Positions 9,736 to 20,509 are shown, counted from the first letter of the stretch. The stretch: 54,445 bases of DNA from Candidatus Cryptobacteroides caccocaballi (GCA_018064725.1 JAGHUQ010000072.1:1-54445); one strand, 5' to 3'. Numbers and translations are program-made. Notes: generated by a model from the sequence alone, not told the origin.

Positions 9736-10764
9736 ATGCAGGAAAGTTTCGATCCCCATGACGCCGTTTCGGGCAAAGATAGTGAATTGGACGGAATAAT
9801 AAGGCCGCAGGACCTTTCCGAGTTCACGGGTCAAGACAAGATAGTGACAAACCTCAAGGTATTCGTGCAGGCTGCCAAGATGAGAGGCGAGTCCCTTGAT
9901 CATGTTCTTTTCCATGGTCCTCCGGGCCTTGGAAAGACTACGCTTGCGCATATCATTGCAAATGAGCTCGGCGTCGGGATGAAAGTAACATCCGGTCCGG
10001 TTCTCGACAAGCCTGGCGACCTTGCGGGCCTTCTCACATCGCTGGATGAAGGAGATGTGCTCTTCATCGATGAGATTCACAGGCTTTCTCCCGTCGTAGA
10101 GGAGTATCTATACTCTGCGATGGAGGATTATGTGATAGATATTATGATAGACAAGGGTCCTGGAGCCCGTTCTGTCAGGATTTCTCTCAATCCTTTCACT
10201 CTTGTCGGTGCTACTACCAGAAGCGGTCTTCTCACGGCACCGCTCAGGGCAAGATTCGGAATAACATGTGCTCTCGAATATTACAACACAGAGACTCTCG
10301 AGCGCATAGTAAAGAGAAGTGCCTCCATACTTCAGATAGAGATAGATGATTATGCTGCCAGAGAGATTGCGCTGAGAAGCCGTGGTACACCTCGTATTGC
10401 AAATTCTCTTCTGAGAAGGGTGAGAGACTTCGCCCAGGTGCTTGGAAACGGATACATAGACCTCAAGATAGCAAATTACGCCCTTGATGCTCTAAATATA
10501 GATAAGAGAGGACTTGATTCTATTGATAATAAGATACTTAGGACTATTATAACTAAGTTCAAAGGTGGTCCTGTGGGAGCGAATACAATAGCAACTGCAG
10601 TGGGCGAGGATCAGGGAACTCTCGAAGAAGTATATGAACCTTTCCTCATAAAGGAGGGCTTCATTGTGAGAACTCCGAGGGGAAGGGAAGCGACAGCTCT
10701 TGCATATCAGCACCTTGGATATGACCGTAACGATCCTGACTACATAGAAAATACTTTATTTTAA
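9736..10764 (+). CDS. ruvB: Holliday junction branch migration helicase RuvB
   Basis: [62 protein letters not shown]; start at ATG 9736. Confidence 0.97.
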   Translation: MQESFDPHDAVSGKDSELDGIIRPQDLSEFTGQDKIVTNLKVFVQAAKMRGESLDHVLFHGPPGLGKTTLAHIIANELGVGMKVTSGPVLDKPGDLAGLLTSLDEGDVLFIDEIHRLSPVVEEYLYSAMEDYVIDIMIDKGPGARSVRISLNPFTLVGATTRSGLLTAPLRARFGITCALEYYNTETLERIVKRSASILQIEIDDYAAREIALRSRGTPRIANSLLRRVRDFAQVLGNGYIDLKIANYALDALNIDKRGLDSIDNKILRTIITKFKGGPVGANTIATAVGEDQGTLEEVYEPFLIKEGFIVRTPRGREATALAYQHLGYDRNDPDYIENTLF

Positions 10765-10777
10765 TATGTATTTTAGT

Positions 10778-10785
10778 TATATTTG
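10778..10785 (+). promoter_or_regulatory. Bacteroidota -7 promoter box for sdhA/frdA
   Basis: TATATTTG 30 bp upstream of ATG 10816. Confidence 0.6.
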
Positions 10786-10815
10786 CGCGTAGAAATTTCA
10801 TTAAACTCAATAAAA

Positions 10816-12762
10816 ATGGCCAAAGAATTGAATTCAAAGATTCCTGAGGGACCTCTTGCTGAAAAATGGACCAATCACAAGGCTCATGTCCGCGTTGTGA
10901 ATCCAAACAACAAGAGAAAACTCGAAATTATCGTTGTAGGTACCGGTCTCGGTGGAGCGTCTGCAGCTGCTTCTCTCGGTGAGCTCGGTTATAACGTAAA
11001 GATCTTCTGCATCAGCGACTCACCTCGTCGTGCGCACTCAATCGCCGCACAGGGTGGTATCAATGCTGCGAAGAACTACCAGAATGACAATGACTCTGTT
11101 TACAGACTCTTCTACGAGACTATCAAGGGTGGTGACTATCGTAGCCGTGAAGCCAATGTATATCGTCTTGCAGAGGTCAGCAACAATATCATTGACCAGT
11201 GCGTAGCTCAGGGCGTGCCTTTCGCACGTGAGTATGGCGGACTCCTCGCAAACCGCTCTTTCGGTGGGGCTACAGTCAGCCGCACCTTCTATGCCCGCGG
11301 ACAAACCGGTCAGCAGCTCCTTCTCGGAGCATACGCAGCTCTCAACCGTCAGGTTGCAGCAGGTACCGTCAAGTCTTATCCACGTCACGAGATGCTCGAC
11401 GTGGTTCTAATCAACGGTGAGGCTAAGGGTATCATCGCAAGAAACCTCGTAACCGGAGAAATTGAGAGATTCGGTGCACACGCAGTCGTAATCGCAACCG
11501 GTGGATACGGTAACGCATACTTCCTTTCTACAAACGCCATGAACAGCAACGGTTCAGCAGCATGGCAGTGCTACAAGAAGGGTGCTTGCTTCGCAAACCC
11601 TTGCTTCGCACAGATCCATCCTACCTGTATCCCTGTACACGGCGACCAGCAGTGCAAGCTTACCCTCATGTCAGAGTCACTCCGTAACGACGGACGTATC
11701 TGGGTTCCTAAGAAACTTGAGGATGTAAAGAAGCTCCGCAAGCGCGAAATCCTTCCTTCAGACATTGCTGAGGAGGATCGCGACTACTATCTCGAGCGCC
11801 GTTATCCTGCATTCGGTAACCTCGTTCCTCGTGACGTTGCATCACGTGCAGCCAAGGAGCGTTGCGACGCAGGCTTTGGTGTTAACGAGACCGGTCTCGC
11901 AGTATTCCTTGATTTCAAGAGCGCAATCGAGCGTATCGGTGAGGACAAGGTTCGCGAGCGTTATGGTAACCTCTTCCAGATGTATGAGAAGATCACAGGT
12001 ACCAACCCTTACAAGCAGCCTATGATGATCTACCCTGCTATCCACTACACCATGGGTGGTATCTGGGTTGACTATAACCTCATGACTACAATCCCTGGTC
12101 TCTACGCGATCGGTGAGGCTAACTTCTCTGATCATGGTGGAAACCGCCTTGGTGCATCAGCACTCATGCAGGGTCTTGCAGATGGTTACTTCGTTCTTCC
12201 TGCAACTATCGGTGATTACCTTGCAGGTCACTTCAAGGATCCTAAGACCGACACCAACGCACCTGAGTTTGCAGAGGCAGAGAAGGCTATCAAGGATAAG
12301 ATTGCCAAACTCTTCTCTATCAAGGGTAAGAAGACTGTTGACTCACTCCATAAGGAGCTTGGCCACATCATGTGGGAATATGTAGGTATGGCACGTAGTG
12401 CAGAGGGTCTTAAGACTGGTATAGCTAAGATCAACGAACTTAAGAAGGAGTTCTGGTCAAACGTTTATGTACCAGGTGAGAACGGTGAGTTCAATCAGGA
12501 GCTCGAGAAGGCACTTCGTCTTGCTGACTTCCTTGAGATAGGAGAGCTCATGGCAATCGATGCACTCAACAGAAACGAGTCTTGCGGTGGTCACTTCCGT
12601 GTAGAGTCTCAGACTGAGGACGGTGAGACCAAGCGTGACGACGAGAACTACATGTATGTAGCAGCTTGGGAGTATCAGGGCGAAGGTAAGGAGCCTCTCC
12701 TCCACAAGGAGCCTCTCAAGTATGAGAATATTAAGATTGCAACCAGAAACTATAAAGACTAA
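10816..12762 (+). CDS. sdhA: Fumarate reductase/succinate dehydrogenase flavoprotein subunit
   Basis: [11 protein letters not shown] motif, [12 protein letters not shown] covalent-FAD motif, [31 protein letters not shown]; start at ATG 10816. Confidence 0.95.
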   Translation: MAKELNSKIPEGPLAEKWTNHKAHVRVVNPNNKRKLEIIVVGTGLGGASAAASLGELGYNVKIFCISDSPRRAHSIAAQGGINAAKNYQNDNDSVYRLFYETIKGGDYRSREANVYRLAEVSNNIIDQCVAQGVPFAREYGGLLANRSFGGATVSRTFYARGQTGQQLLLGAYAALNRQVAAGTVKSYPRHEMLDVVLINGEAKGIIARNLVTGEIERFGAHAVVIATGGYGNAYFLSTNAMNSNGSAAWQCYKKGACFANPCFAQIHPTCIPVHGDQQCKLTLMSESLRNDGRIWVPKKLEDVKKLRKREILPSDIAEEDRDYYLERRYPAFGNLVPRDVASRAAKERCDAGFGVNETGLAVFLDFKSAIERIGEDKVRERYGNLFQMYEKITGTNPYKQPMMIYPAIHYTMGGIWVDYNLMTTIPGLYAIGEANFSDHGGNRLGASALMQGLADGYFVLPATIGDYLAGHFKDPKTDTNAPEFAEAEKAIKDKIAKLFSIKGKKTVDSLHKELGHIMWEYVGMARSAEGLKTGIAKINELKKEFWSNVYVPGENGEFNQELEKALRLADFLEIGELMAIDALNRNESCGGHFRVESQTEDGETKRDDENYMYVAAWEYQGEGKEPLLHKEPLKYENIKIATRNYKD

Positions 12763-12768
12763 GCGAAA

Positions 12769-13548
12769 ATGGATTTTAAATTGAAAATATGGCGTCAGAA
12801 AAACGCCAAGGTACAGGGTCACTTCGAGACATACGAGATCCACGGTATCGAAGAGGATGCTTCATTCCTCGAGATGCTCGATATTCTTAACGAGCAGCTC
12901 ATCCGCGAGGGTATTGATCCTGTCGCTGTAGAAAGAGGTTGCCAGAGCAGTGGTCCTGTTTCATTCGACCATGACTGCCGTGAGGGTATCTGCGGTGCAT
13001 GTTCACTCTATATTGATGGCCGTGCACACGGACCAGACGATGAGGTTACAACCTGCCAGCTCTTCATGCGTAAGTTCAAGGATGGTGCTACCATCACTGT
13101 AGAGCCTTGGAGAAGTTCTGGTTTCCCAATCATCAAGGACCTCGTCGTAGACCGTCAGGCATACGATAAGATCCTCCAGGCTGGTGGTTACATTTCAGTA
13201 CGTACCGGTGGTGTTCCTGATGCTAACTCTATTCCTATCGCAAAGGAGAAAGCTGATTCATCAATGGATGCTGCTGCATGTATCGGCTGCGGTGCTTGCG
13301 CTGCTACTTGTAAGAACGGTTCTGCAATGCTTTTCGTTGCTGCCCGCGTCAGCTCTCTTGCACTTCTTCCTCAGGGTAAGATTGAGGCTGCACGCCGTGC
13401 AAAGGCAATGGTTGCAAAGATGGATGAGCTCGGTTTCGGTGCTTGTACAAATACCCGCGCCTGCGAGATGGAGTGCCCTAAGCACATCACTGTAGATCAT
13501 ATTGCGAGACTCAACCGTGAGTTCCTTGCTGCAAAGTTCAAAGACTAA
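12769..13548 (+). CDS. sdhB: Fumarate reductase/succinate dehydrogenase iron-sulfur subunit
   Basis: [12 protein letters not shown] (2Fe-2S), [11 protein letters not shown] and [11 protein letters not shown] clusters. Confidence 0.95.
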   Translation: MDFKLKIWRQKNAKVQGHFETYEIHGIEEDASFLEMLDILNEQLIREGIDPVAVERGCQSSGPVSFDHDCREGICGACSLYIDGRAHGPDDEVTTCQLFMRKFKDGATITVEPWRSSGFPIIKDLVVDRQAYDKILQAGGYISVRTGGVPDANSIPIAKEKADSSMDAAACIGCGACAATCKNGSAMLFVAARVSSLALLPQGKIEAARRAKAMVAKMDELGFGACTNTRACEMECPKHITVDHIARLNREFLAAKFKD

Positions 13549-13570
13549 TCTATTTGAACATATATAAATT

Positions 13571-13600
13571 AAAGCCACCCCATAATAGGGTGGCTTTTTT
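13571..13600. terminator. Bidirectional intrinsic terminator between sdhB and hflX
   Basis: AAAGCCACCC-cataata-GGGTGGCTTT followed by a T-run, between convergent genes. Confidence 0.85.
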
Positions 13601-13626
13601 ATTGCTTGGTGATAAGGGGTAGGGGA

Positions 13627-14808
13627 CTACCAAAGGAAATTGTTGAAAGGATATCTTCCTGCGTGGATTTCAGCCACTATCTTGTATATATCATTCCTTA
13701 ATTTGTCTATTCCTATCTTATCTTTTGCCGAGATGAATGTACATGGAGTATTCTCACTTGCTATCCAGCTGTTCTTAAATTCGTCCAGAGTGTAATTTTC
13801 GGGCTTTTTAGGGCTTAATGAGAACTCATCGTACTCTTCATACCTATAAGCGTCTATCTTGTTAAATATGACCAAAACAGGCTTATTTCCGGCACCAATT
13901 TCATTCAGTGTATTGTTGACTGTCTTCATCTGATCTTCAAAATCAGGATGGGAGATGTCTACCACATGGACTAGGACATCTGCTTCCCTTACCTCGTCAA
14001 GAGTACTCTTGAATGCTTCAATGAGCTGCGTAGGAAGCTTTCTTATGAATCCAACGGTATCAGAAAGAAGGAATGGACAGTTCTCTATCACTACTTTTCT
14101 TACTGTGGTATCGAGAGTTGCAAACAGCTTGTTTTCAGCAAATACATCTGATTTTGCGAGAAGGTTCATAAGCGTGCTTTTTCCGACGTTTGTATAGCCC
14201 ACCAATGCGAGTCTGACCATACTTCCGCGGTTACCCCTCTGTGTTGCCATCTGTTTGTCTACCTTCTGGAGCTGTTCCTTCAGCTTTGAAATCCTTTCCT
14301 TGACTATACGACGGTCAATCTCAATCTGCTTTTCACCCATACCTCCTCGGGCTCCCATACCTCCACGCTGCCTTTCAAGGTGAGTCCACATACCAGCAAG
14401 TCTTGGAAGCATGTAGTTATATCTTGCAAGTTCCACCTGCATCTTGGCATACGAAGTCCTTGCTCTCTGTGAGAAGATCTCCAGAATAAGGCTGGTTCTG
14501 TCTATTACTGCGCATGTCTTTACTATCTTCTCGATGTTTCTCTGCTGTATTCCAGTCAGTTCATCATCGAATATGACATAGTCTATGTCATTCGCTGCAC
14601 AATATTCAGCTATCTCTTCAAGTTTACCGCTCCTGATATAAGTTGCACCGTCAGGCTTATCTACCCTCTGGACGAACTTCTTATCACCGATGGCACCGGC
14701 AGTAAGGGCAAGGAACTCAAGTTCCTCAAGGTATTCCATCACCCTTTCTTCGTCATCGTTCTGCTTTATTATTCCGACGAATACTGCCTTGTAGTCTCTA
14801 ATTTCCAT
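13627..14808 (-). CDS. hflX: Ribosome-splitting GTPase HflX
   Basis: GKLEEI, LILEIFSQRA, HLERQRGG, GYTNVGKSTL (G1), LFATLDTT (G2), DTVGFI (G3), FNKID (G4). Confidence 0.96.
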   Translation of the reverse strand: MEIRDYKAVFVGIIKQNDDEERVMEYLEELEFLALTAGAIGDKKFVQRVDKPDGATYIRSGKLEEIAEYCAANDIDYVIFDDELTGIQQRNIEKIVKTCAVIDRTSLILEIFSQRARTSYAKMQVELARYNYMLPRLAGMWTHLERQRGGMGARGGMGEKQIEIDRRIVKERISKLKEQLQKVDKQMATQRGNRGSMVRLALVGYTNVGKSTLMNLLAKSDVFAENKLFATLDTTVRKVVIENCPFLLSDTVGFIRKLPTQLIEAFKSTLDEVREADVLVHVVDISHPDFEDQMKTVNNTLNEIGAGNKPVLVIFNKIDAYRYEEYDEFSLSPKKPENYTLDEFKNSWIASENTPCTFISAKDKIGIDKLRNDIYKIVAEIHAGRYPFNNFLW

Positions 14809-14816
14809 ATGACAAC

Positions 14817-14846
14817 AAAAAAGAGGCCGACATAACTGTCAGCCTC
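14817..14846 (-). terminator. Intrinsic terminator after tonB
   Basis: On - strand GAGGCTGACA-gtta-TGTCGGCCTC then TTTTTT. Confidence 0.7.
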
Positions 14847-14866
14847 CGTAATATACTGTAAATCAA

Positions 14867-15559
14867 TTATCTCAACTGGAAGATAACAGGGAAGGTGTAG
14901 GTTACACGGACAGCGCGGTCACGCTGCTTTCCAGGCTTCCACTTAGGTGAGCTTGATACGACCTTCACAGCCTCTGCATCGAGTGATGGGTCAACGCCAC
15001 GGAGTACCTTAACGTTGGTTACACGACCATCAGTCTCAACGGTAAACTGGAGGGTAACACGACCCTGAACACCGTTCTCCTTTGCAATCTCTGGATACTG
15101 AAGTCTACCATTCACCCACTTTGAGAACTCATTTGCGTCTCCGCCATTGAATGAAGGCTTCTCCTCAACGAGCTGGAATGGAATAGCTTCCTCCTCGATA
15201 ACCTCTTCCTCAACTTCCTCGACATAGTCGCTGATCTCAACACCGAGATTATCGTTATCCTCGAGGTTCATGAACATATCGTCATCGACCTGAATCTCAT
15301 CGTCGACGATATCGATGTTATCTGAGAGTACAGGAATCTTAGGAGTCTCTGGTGGTGGAGGAGGGGTTTCCTGGGTAATAGGAATCATCTCTTCTTCCTC
15401 TACGAGGGCTACTTCCTCTTCAAATCCTGCAGCCTGCTTCTCCTTGGTACCATACTCAAATGCACCGAGGACAACGGCGAGCGAAATGCAAAGACCAATC
15501 TCTACAAAAAGCAGCTTCTTGTTTTCAAGATTGGCTTTAGGCGTTTTTTTCTCTTCCAT
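14867..15559 (-). CDS. tonB: Energy transducer TonB
   Basis: MEEKKTPKANLE N-terminus, TM, Pro/acidic linker, TonB_C motif YPEIAKENGVQGRVTLQFTV..LDAEA..WKPG. Confidence 0.92.
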   Translation of the reverse strand: MEEKKTPKANLENKKLLFVEIGLCISLAVVLGAFEYGTKEKQAAGFEEEVALVEEEEMIPITQETPPPPPETPKIPVLSDNIDIVDDEIQVDDDMFMNLEDNDNLGVEISDYVEEVEEEVIEEEAIPFQLVEEKPSFNGGDANEFSKWVNGRLQYPEIAKENGVQGRVTLQFTVETDGRVTNVKVLRGVDPSLDAEAVKVVSSSPKWKPGKQRDRAVRVTYTFPVIFQLR

Positions 15560-15673
15560 ATCTATTTTGAGTTTTTTGCTTTTACCGCGCTAAGGTAGAA
15601 ATTATCTTTATTAAATCCAATTTTTCTGTTGATAAGTTTTAAATTTGCGTTGAAAACTCAAAATCACAAGTGT

Positions 15674-16093
15674 ATGATCTCATATTTTTTCGAGGATACT
15701 GACTTTATATTCAAAGGCAAGACCAAAAACAGCCAATGGTTACGCCTGGTTGCTGAAAGCGAAATCAGAAGAGTAGGGGATATAAATATTATCTTCTGTT
15801 CGGATAATTACGTACTCGATATAAACCAGAAGTATCTTCAGCACGACTACTTTACCGATATCATCACATTTGATTATTGCGAAGGTGACAAGCTTTCCGG
15901 TGATCTTTTCATCAGTGTCGACAGCGTCAGGGAGAATTCTATCGAATACGGTACTGAATTCGCTGACGAGTTGAATAGGGTAATCGTACATGGTGTCCTT
16001 CATCTTATCGGTTATGATGATCATACAGATGATGACATAGCCATGATGCGTAAGAAGGAGAACTATTATCTTTCTCTGAGGGAGGTACTCTGA
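15674..16093 (+). CDS. ybeY: rRNA maturation RNase YbeY
   Basis: [32 protein letters not shown] motif; start at ATG 15674. Confidence 0.93.
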   Translation: MISYFFEDTDFIFKGKTKNSQWLRLVAESEIRRVGDINIIFCSDNYVLDINQKYLQHDYFTDIITFDYCEGDKLSGDLFISVDSVRENSIEYGTEFADELNRVIVHGVLHLIGYDDHTDDDIAMMRKKENYYLSLREVL

Positions 16094-18174
16094 TGCAGAG
16101 AAAATATGATGTCATTGTAATCGGCGGTGGTCATGCGGGCTGTGAAGCAGCTATGGCCGCTTCTTCTATGGGTTCATCCGTGCTTCTTATAAGCATGGAT
16201 ATGAACAAATTTGGACAAATGTCATGTAATCCAGCTATTGGCGGAATAGCTAAAGGTCAGATAATCAGAGAAGTAGATGCTCTCGGAGGATATACTGGCA
16301 TAGTTACAGACTCGTCAACTCTGCAGTTCAGGATGCTCAATAAGTCAAAAGGTCCTGCTATGTGGAGCCCTCGAGCTCAGTGCGATAAATCTCAGTTTTC
16401 CCGTAACTGGCGTAAAATACTCGAAAGTGCCTGTAAATTAGATATTTACCAAGATACAGTGACGAATTTTCTCTTTGAGAATTCAAAAATAGTGGGCTGT
16501 CGTACGACTACCGGTGCAATTTTCAATTCTCAGGCGGTTATCTTGACTGCAGGAACCTTCCTCAGCGGTAAGCTTTTCATCGGACGAAATCAGTTCGAGG
16601 GAGGAAGGATAGGAGAGTTGCCTTCATATGGTCTGACCGAGCAGCTTGTTTCGATGGGAGTAAAGACAGCAAGGATGAAGACAGGAACTCCTCCAAGGAT
16701 AGATATATCTTCAATAGATGTCTCTGCTCTTCCTGCTCAATATGGTGATGAAGTTCCTGATAAGTTTTCATACTTGCCTTTCCTTTCCACAGCTCAGAAT
16801 GGAACACCTCAGATGCCTTGCTATATTGTCCACACGAATACCAAGGTTCATGATATACTAAGATCTGGTTTCAAGGATTCTCCGCTTTTCCAAGGTTTGA
16901 TAAAGGGAATAGGTCCTCGTTATTGTCCTAGCATTGAGGACAAGCTCAGAACTTTTGCTGATAAGGATACACATCAGCTTTTCCTTGAACCAGAGGGAAG
17001 GAGTACCAATGAGTATTATCTTCAGGGTTTTTCTTCATCGCTTCCTTTGGATGTCCAGATGGATGCATTGCATGCGATTGAAGGCCTCGAGAATGCCAGA
17101 GTATTCAGACCCGCTTATGCAGTGGAGTATGATTACTTCGATCCTACTCAGCTTAAGGCAAGTCTTGAGCTTAAGGATATAGATAATCTATTCTTTGCCG
17201 GACAGATCAATGGTACTACAGGATATGAAGAGGCAGCTGCCCAAGGACTGATGGCTGGAATCAATGCGCATCTTAAGGTTCATGAAAAAGATCCTTTCGT
17301 ACTACGTCGAGATCAGGCGTACATAGGAGTGCTCATAGATGACCTCATTACAAAGGGCGTTGATGAACCATACAGAATGTTCACATCCAGGGCTGAATAT
17401 AGGATTCTTCTCAGACAGGACAATGCTGATTTCCGTCTGACGCCGATGTCTCATGAGATAGGTCTGGCAGATGATTTCAGGTATGACTACACAATGAAGA
17501 AATACGATTCTATCGAGAAACTTGATAATTTCTTCAATGATTACTCCATCAAGCCTGAACATGTCAACGATTATCTTTCTTCTGTAGAATCAGCTGAGAT
17601 TCCAAACAAGAAAAAAATGTCTGAGATTATCGTGCGCCCTCAGGTGAGCCTCTCTGATTTTATAAAGATTGTTCCACGTGGAACTTTCGAGAAAGCTTCT
17701 CTGGACCCTGAGAGTCTATTTGATCGTAGCTATTCTGAAATTAGTTCGTCTGATGTTTCCTATAAGGATAGGCTCGAAGCCGCATCTATTGATCCTGATA
17801 ACAGTAGTGATCTGATGGCTCAGGCCATGTCCATTCTCAGGTATAATACCGATTATCCTATTTCCTCTATTGAAGGCGATTCAATGGACGAAGCTGTGCG
17901 AAATAACTATCGCAGGGAAATTCTCGAATCATGTGAAGTTTCTGTGAAGTATTCAGGTTACATTGAGAGGGAGGCTAGGCTAGCGGAAAAGATGACTCGT
18001 CTTGAGAATCTGATCATTCCTGAATCGTTCGACTTCGATAAGGTTGAGTCACTTTCCATTGAATGTCGCCAGAAGCTTAAAAGATATAAGCCCGGGACAA
18101 TCGCCCAGGCTTCTCGTATTTCCGGTGTGTCACCGGCAGATATTTCAGTGCTCCTAGTTTATTTCGGAAGGTAA
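16093..18174 (+). CDS. mnmG: tRNA uridine-5-carboxymethylaminomethyl(34) synthesis enzyme MnmG (GidA), with a C-terminal insertion
   Basis: [73 protein letters not shown]. Confidence 0.97.
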   Translation: MQRKYDVIVIGGGHAGCEAAMAASSMGSSVLLISMDMNKFGQMSCNPAIGGIAKGQIIREVDALGGYTGIVTDSSTLQFRMLNKSKGPAMWSPRAQCDKSQFSRNWRKILESACKLDIYQDTVTNFLFENSKIVGCRTTTGAIFNSQAVILTAGTFLSGKLFIGRNQFEGGRIGELPSYGLTEQLVSMGVKTARMKTGTPPRIDISSIDVSALPAQYGDEVPDKFSYLPFLSTAQNGTPQMPCYIVHTNTKVHDILRSGFKDSPLFQGLIKGIGPRYCPSIEDKLRTFADKDTHQLFLEPEGRSTNEYYLQGFSSSLPLDVQMDALHAIEGLENARVFRPAYAVEYDYFDPTQLKASLELKDIDNLFFAGQINGTTGYEEAAAQGLMAGINAHLKVHEKDPFVLRRDQAYIGVLIDDLITKGVDEPYRMFTSRAEYRILLRQDNADFRLTPMSHEIGLADDFRYDYTMKKYDSIEKLDNFFNDYSIKPEHVNDYLSSVESAEIPNKKKMSEIIVRPQVSLSDFIKIVPRGTFEKASLDPESLFDRSYSEISSSDVSYKDRLEAASIDPDNSSDLMAQAMSILRYNTDYPISSIEGDSMDEAVRNNYRREILESCEVSVKYSGYIEREARLAEKMTRLENLIIPESFDFDKVESLSIECRQKLKRYKPGTIAQASRISGVSPADISVLLVYFGR
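17670..17685. promoter_or_regulatory. parS site (inside mnmG)
   Basis: TGTTCCACGTGGAACT, 14-bp perfect palindromic core matching the parS consensus TGTTNCACGTGNAACA; translates as VPRGT. Confidence 0.85.
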
Positions 18175-18190
18175 TGTTCCACGTGGAACT
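18175..18190. promoter_or_regulatory. parS site (mnmG/ruvA junction)
   Basis: Identical TGTTCCACGTGGAACT filling the whole gap between two convergent stop codons. Confidence 0.88.
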
Positions 18191-18783
18191 TAAAGTTTCT
18201 TAAGGGCAAGCTTTATTATTGTTTCTATTGTAGCGCTTGGCTGTTCCTTGATTATAGCAGTGACTACCTTGCTTACGTTTGCCTTGGTGAAACCGAGCAT
18301 GACGAGAGCCGTCGTAGCCTCTTCGACTATGCTGTTATCTGGAGTACCGAATAAGATGCTTGTGCTGTCAGCTGCTCCTTCACCCTTGAGAACCTTGTCT
18401 TTCAACTCGAGTATTATTCTCTGGGCACTCTTGAGTCCGATACCTTTTACGGCCTTTATTCTCGTTACGTTTTCTGAAATGATAGCCTCCCTGATCTCGT
18501 CGCAGGTAAGAGAGGATAACATCATCCTTGCAGTACCTACTCCTACTCCGGAAACACTTATGAGAAGTCTGAAAAGTTCTCTTTCGTCCTTATCTGCGAA
18601 ACCGTAGAAAAGTTCTTCGTCTTCTCTGAGTACATGATGCATGTATACTTTAGCCTCTGTACATTTTTCAAGCTTTGAGTAGGTCTGGATGGAAATCTGT
18701 GCATGGAAGCCTATGCCGTTGCAGTCAACCACAAGGTCCGTTGGAGTGATTTCTTCGATCTTTCCTTTAACGTAGTCAATCAT
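18190..18783 (-). CDS. ruvA: Holliday junction DNA-binding protein RuvA
   Basis: MIDYVKG, VVDCNGIGF, LISVSGVG, VKGIGLKSAQRIILELKDK, ALVMLGF; start at ATG 18783. Confidence 0.95.
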   Translation of the reverse strand: MIDYVKGKIEEITPTDLVVDCNGIGFHAQISIQTYSKLEKCTEAKVYMHHVLREDEELFYGFADKDERELFRLLISVSGVGVGTARMMLSSLTCDEIREAIISENVTRIKAVKGIGLKSAQRIILELKDKVLKGEGAADSTSILFGTPDNSIVEEATTALVMLGFTKANVSKVVTAIIKEQPSATIETIIKLALKKL

Positions 18784-18869
18784 ATCGTTTCTTTCTAACA
18801 ATGCAAAATTATGATTTAATTCTATCAAATAAAACGTAGTTTTACTAAATTTGCAAGATTAAACTTATT

Positions 18870-20099
18870 ATGGCAACATCATCGGAAATAAGAAAGCAGT
18901 TCCCAATCCTGGAGCGTAAGGTCTATGGAAAGAATCTCGTGTATCTTGACAACGCGGCTACAGCGCAGAGGCCACGCGGCGTGATAGATACATGGAACAG
19001 AATTTCTGTTGAGTCCAATGCTAACATACACCGCGCCGTCCATCTGCTCTCGTCAGAGGCAACTGATGCTTACGAGGCTGCGAGGGATGCTGTGCGAGAT
19101 TTCCTCAATGCTTCCGACAGGAAGGAAATCATATTTACTTCAGGTACTACTGCATCGATAAACCTGGTTGCATTCTGTTTCGGTGAAGCTTATGTTCACG
19201 AAGGTGATGAAATCATCGTCTCTGCAGTCGAACATCATTCGAACATAGTACCATGGCAGCTGATGTGCATCAGAAAGAAGGCAAGCCTGAAAGTTATTCC
19301 TGTTGATGAAGACGGACACTTGATGATCGATGCCTTGGACGGACTGATCAGTGACAGGACAAGAATAATCGCTGTCACCCAGATTTCCAATGTTCTTGGA
19401 ATTGTCAATCCTGTCAAGGAGATTATATCGAAGGCACATGCCAGGGGTATTCCTGTCCTGGTCGATGGTGCACAGGGAATAGTTCACTGCAACGTGGATG
19501 TTCAGGACCTCGACTGTGACTTCTATGCTTTCTCAGGACATAAGCTCTATGCCGCTACTGGAACCGGAGTCCTGTATGCCAAGAAGAAGTTCCTTGAGGA
19601 GATGCCACCTTACATGGGTGGCGGTGAAATGGTAGGAACAGTGACTTTTGAAGCCACTTCTTACGCCGATATTCCGCACAAGTATGAAGCCGGTACTCAG
19701 AATTTTGCATCCTCAGCGACTTTAAAAGATGCTGTTGAGTTGTGTAAAGTATTGAGGGATAAAGAGTTAGAGTCTGAAATAGAGCAAATTTCCGTGTACA
19801 TGGAAAATGAGCTAAAAAAAATAGAAGGACTCAGATTATACGGAATTTCCCGCGAGGACGGAAAAAAGATACCTCTCTACTCATTCACCGTAGATGGAGT
19901 TCATCATGAGGATCTTGCCCTCATACTCGACAAGATGGGAATAGCCGTACGCTCAGGACAGATGTGTGCGGAACCTGTGATGACGAGGTTCGGAGTCACG
20001 GGCATGCTCAGAGCATCCTTCGCTCCATACAACACCATGGAGGAGGCTGAGTATTTTATCAAGTCGCTCAAGAGAGCGATAGCAATGTTAAAGGATTAA
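18870..20099 (+). CDS. sufS: SufS-family cysteine desulfurase
   Basis: VYLDNAATAQ, EHHSNIVPW, DGAQ, FSGHK (PLP lysine), RSGQMCA (catalytic Cys). Confidence 0.92.
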   Translation: MATSSEIRKQFPILERKVYGKNLVYLDNAATAQRPRGVIDTWNRISVESNANIHRAVHLLSSEATDAYEAARDAVRDFLNASDRKEIIFTSGTTASINLVAFCFGEAYVHEGDEIIVSAVEHHSNIVPWQLMCIRKKASLKVIPVDEDGHLMIDALDGLISDRTRIIAVTQISNVLGIVNPVKEIISKAHARGIPVLVDGAQGIVHCNVDVQDLDCDFYAFSGHKLYAATGTGVLYAKKKFLEEMPPYMGGGEMVGTVTFEATSYADIPHKYEAGTQNFASSATLKDAVELCKVLRDKELESEIEQISVYMENELKKIEGLRLYGISREDGKKIPLYSFTVDGVHHEDLALILDKMGIAVRSGQMCAEPVMTRFGVTGMLRASFAPYNTMEEAEYFIKSLKRAIAMLKD

Positions 20100-20509
20100 T
20101 GGAACTATACGAGGTAGAAAACGAAGTCATCGAGGAATTCTCGATGTTCGATGAATGGCTCGACAAGTACGAGTATATAATTGACATGGGAAAGTCCCTT
20201 GAGGATTTCCCACAGGAGAAGAAGACTGATGACAGACTGATCAAGGGATGCCAGTCGAGAGTATGGCTGGATTCCTGCTTCCGTGACGGAAAGATATTCT
20301 TCACGGCAGACAGCGACGCCATCATCACAAAGGGAATAATATCGCTTCTGATCAAGATCTACTCCGGAAGGACACCTCAGGAGATACTCTCATCTGATTT
20401 TTCCGTGGTGGAGAAGATAGGCTTAAGGGAGAATCTGAGTCCGACCAGGGCCAACGGACTCGTGTCAATGATAGATAAGATTCGCGCGATTGCGAAGGAG
20501 AATAGCTGA
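20099..20509 (+). CDS. sufE: SufE sulfur-transfer protein
   Basis: IKGCQSRVW, ADSDAIITKG, LSPTRANGL. Confidence 0.93.
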   Translation: MELYEVENEVIEEFSMFDEWLDKYEYIIDMGKSLEDFPQEKKTDDRLIKGCQSRVWLDSCFRDGKIFFTADSDAIITKGIISLLIKIYSGRTPQEILSSDFSVVEKIGLRENLSPTRANGLVSMIDKIRAIAKENS

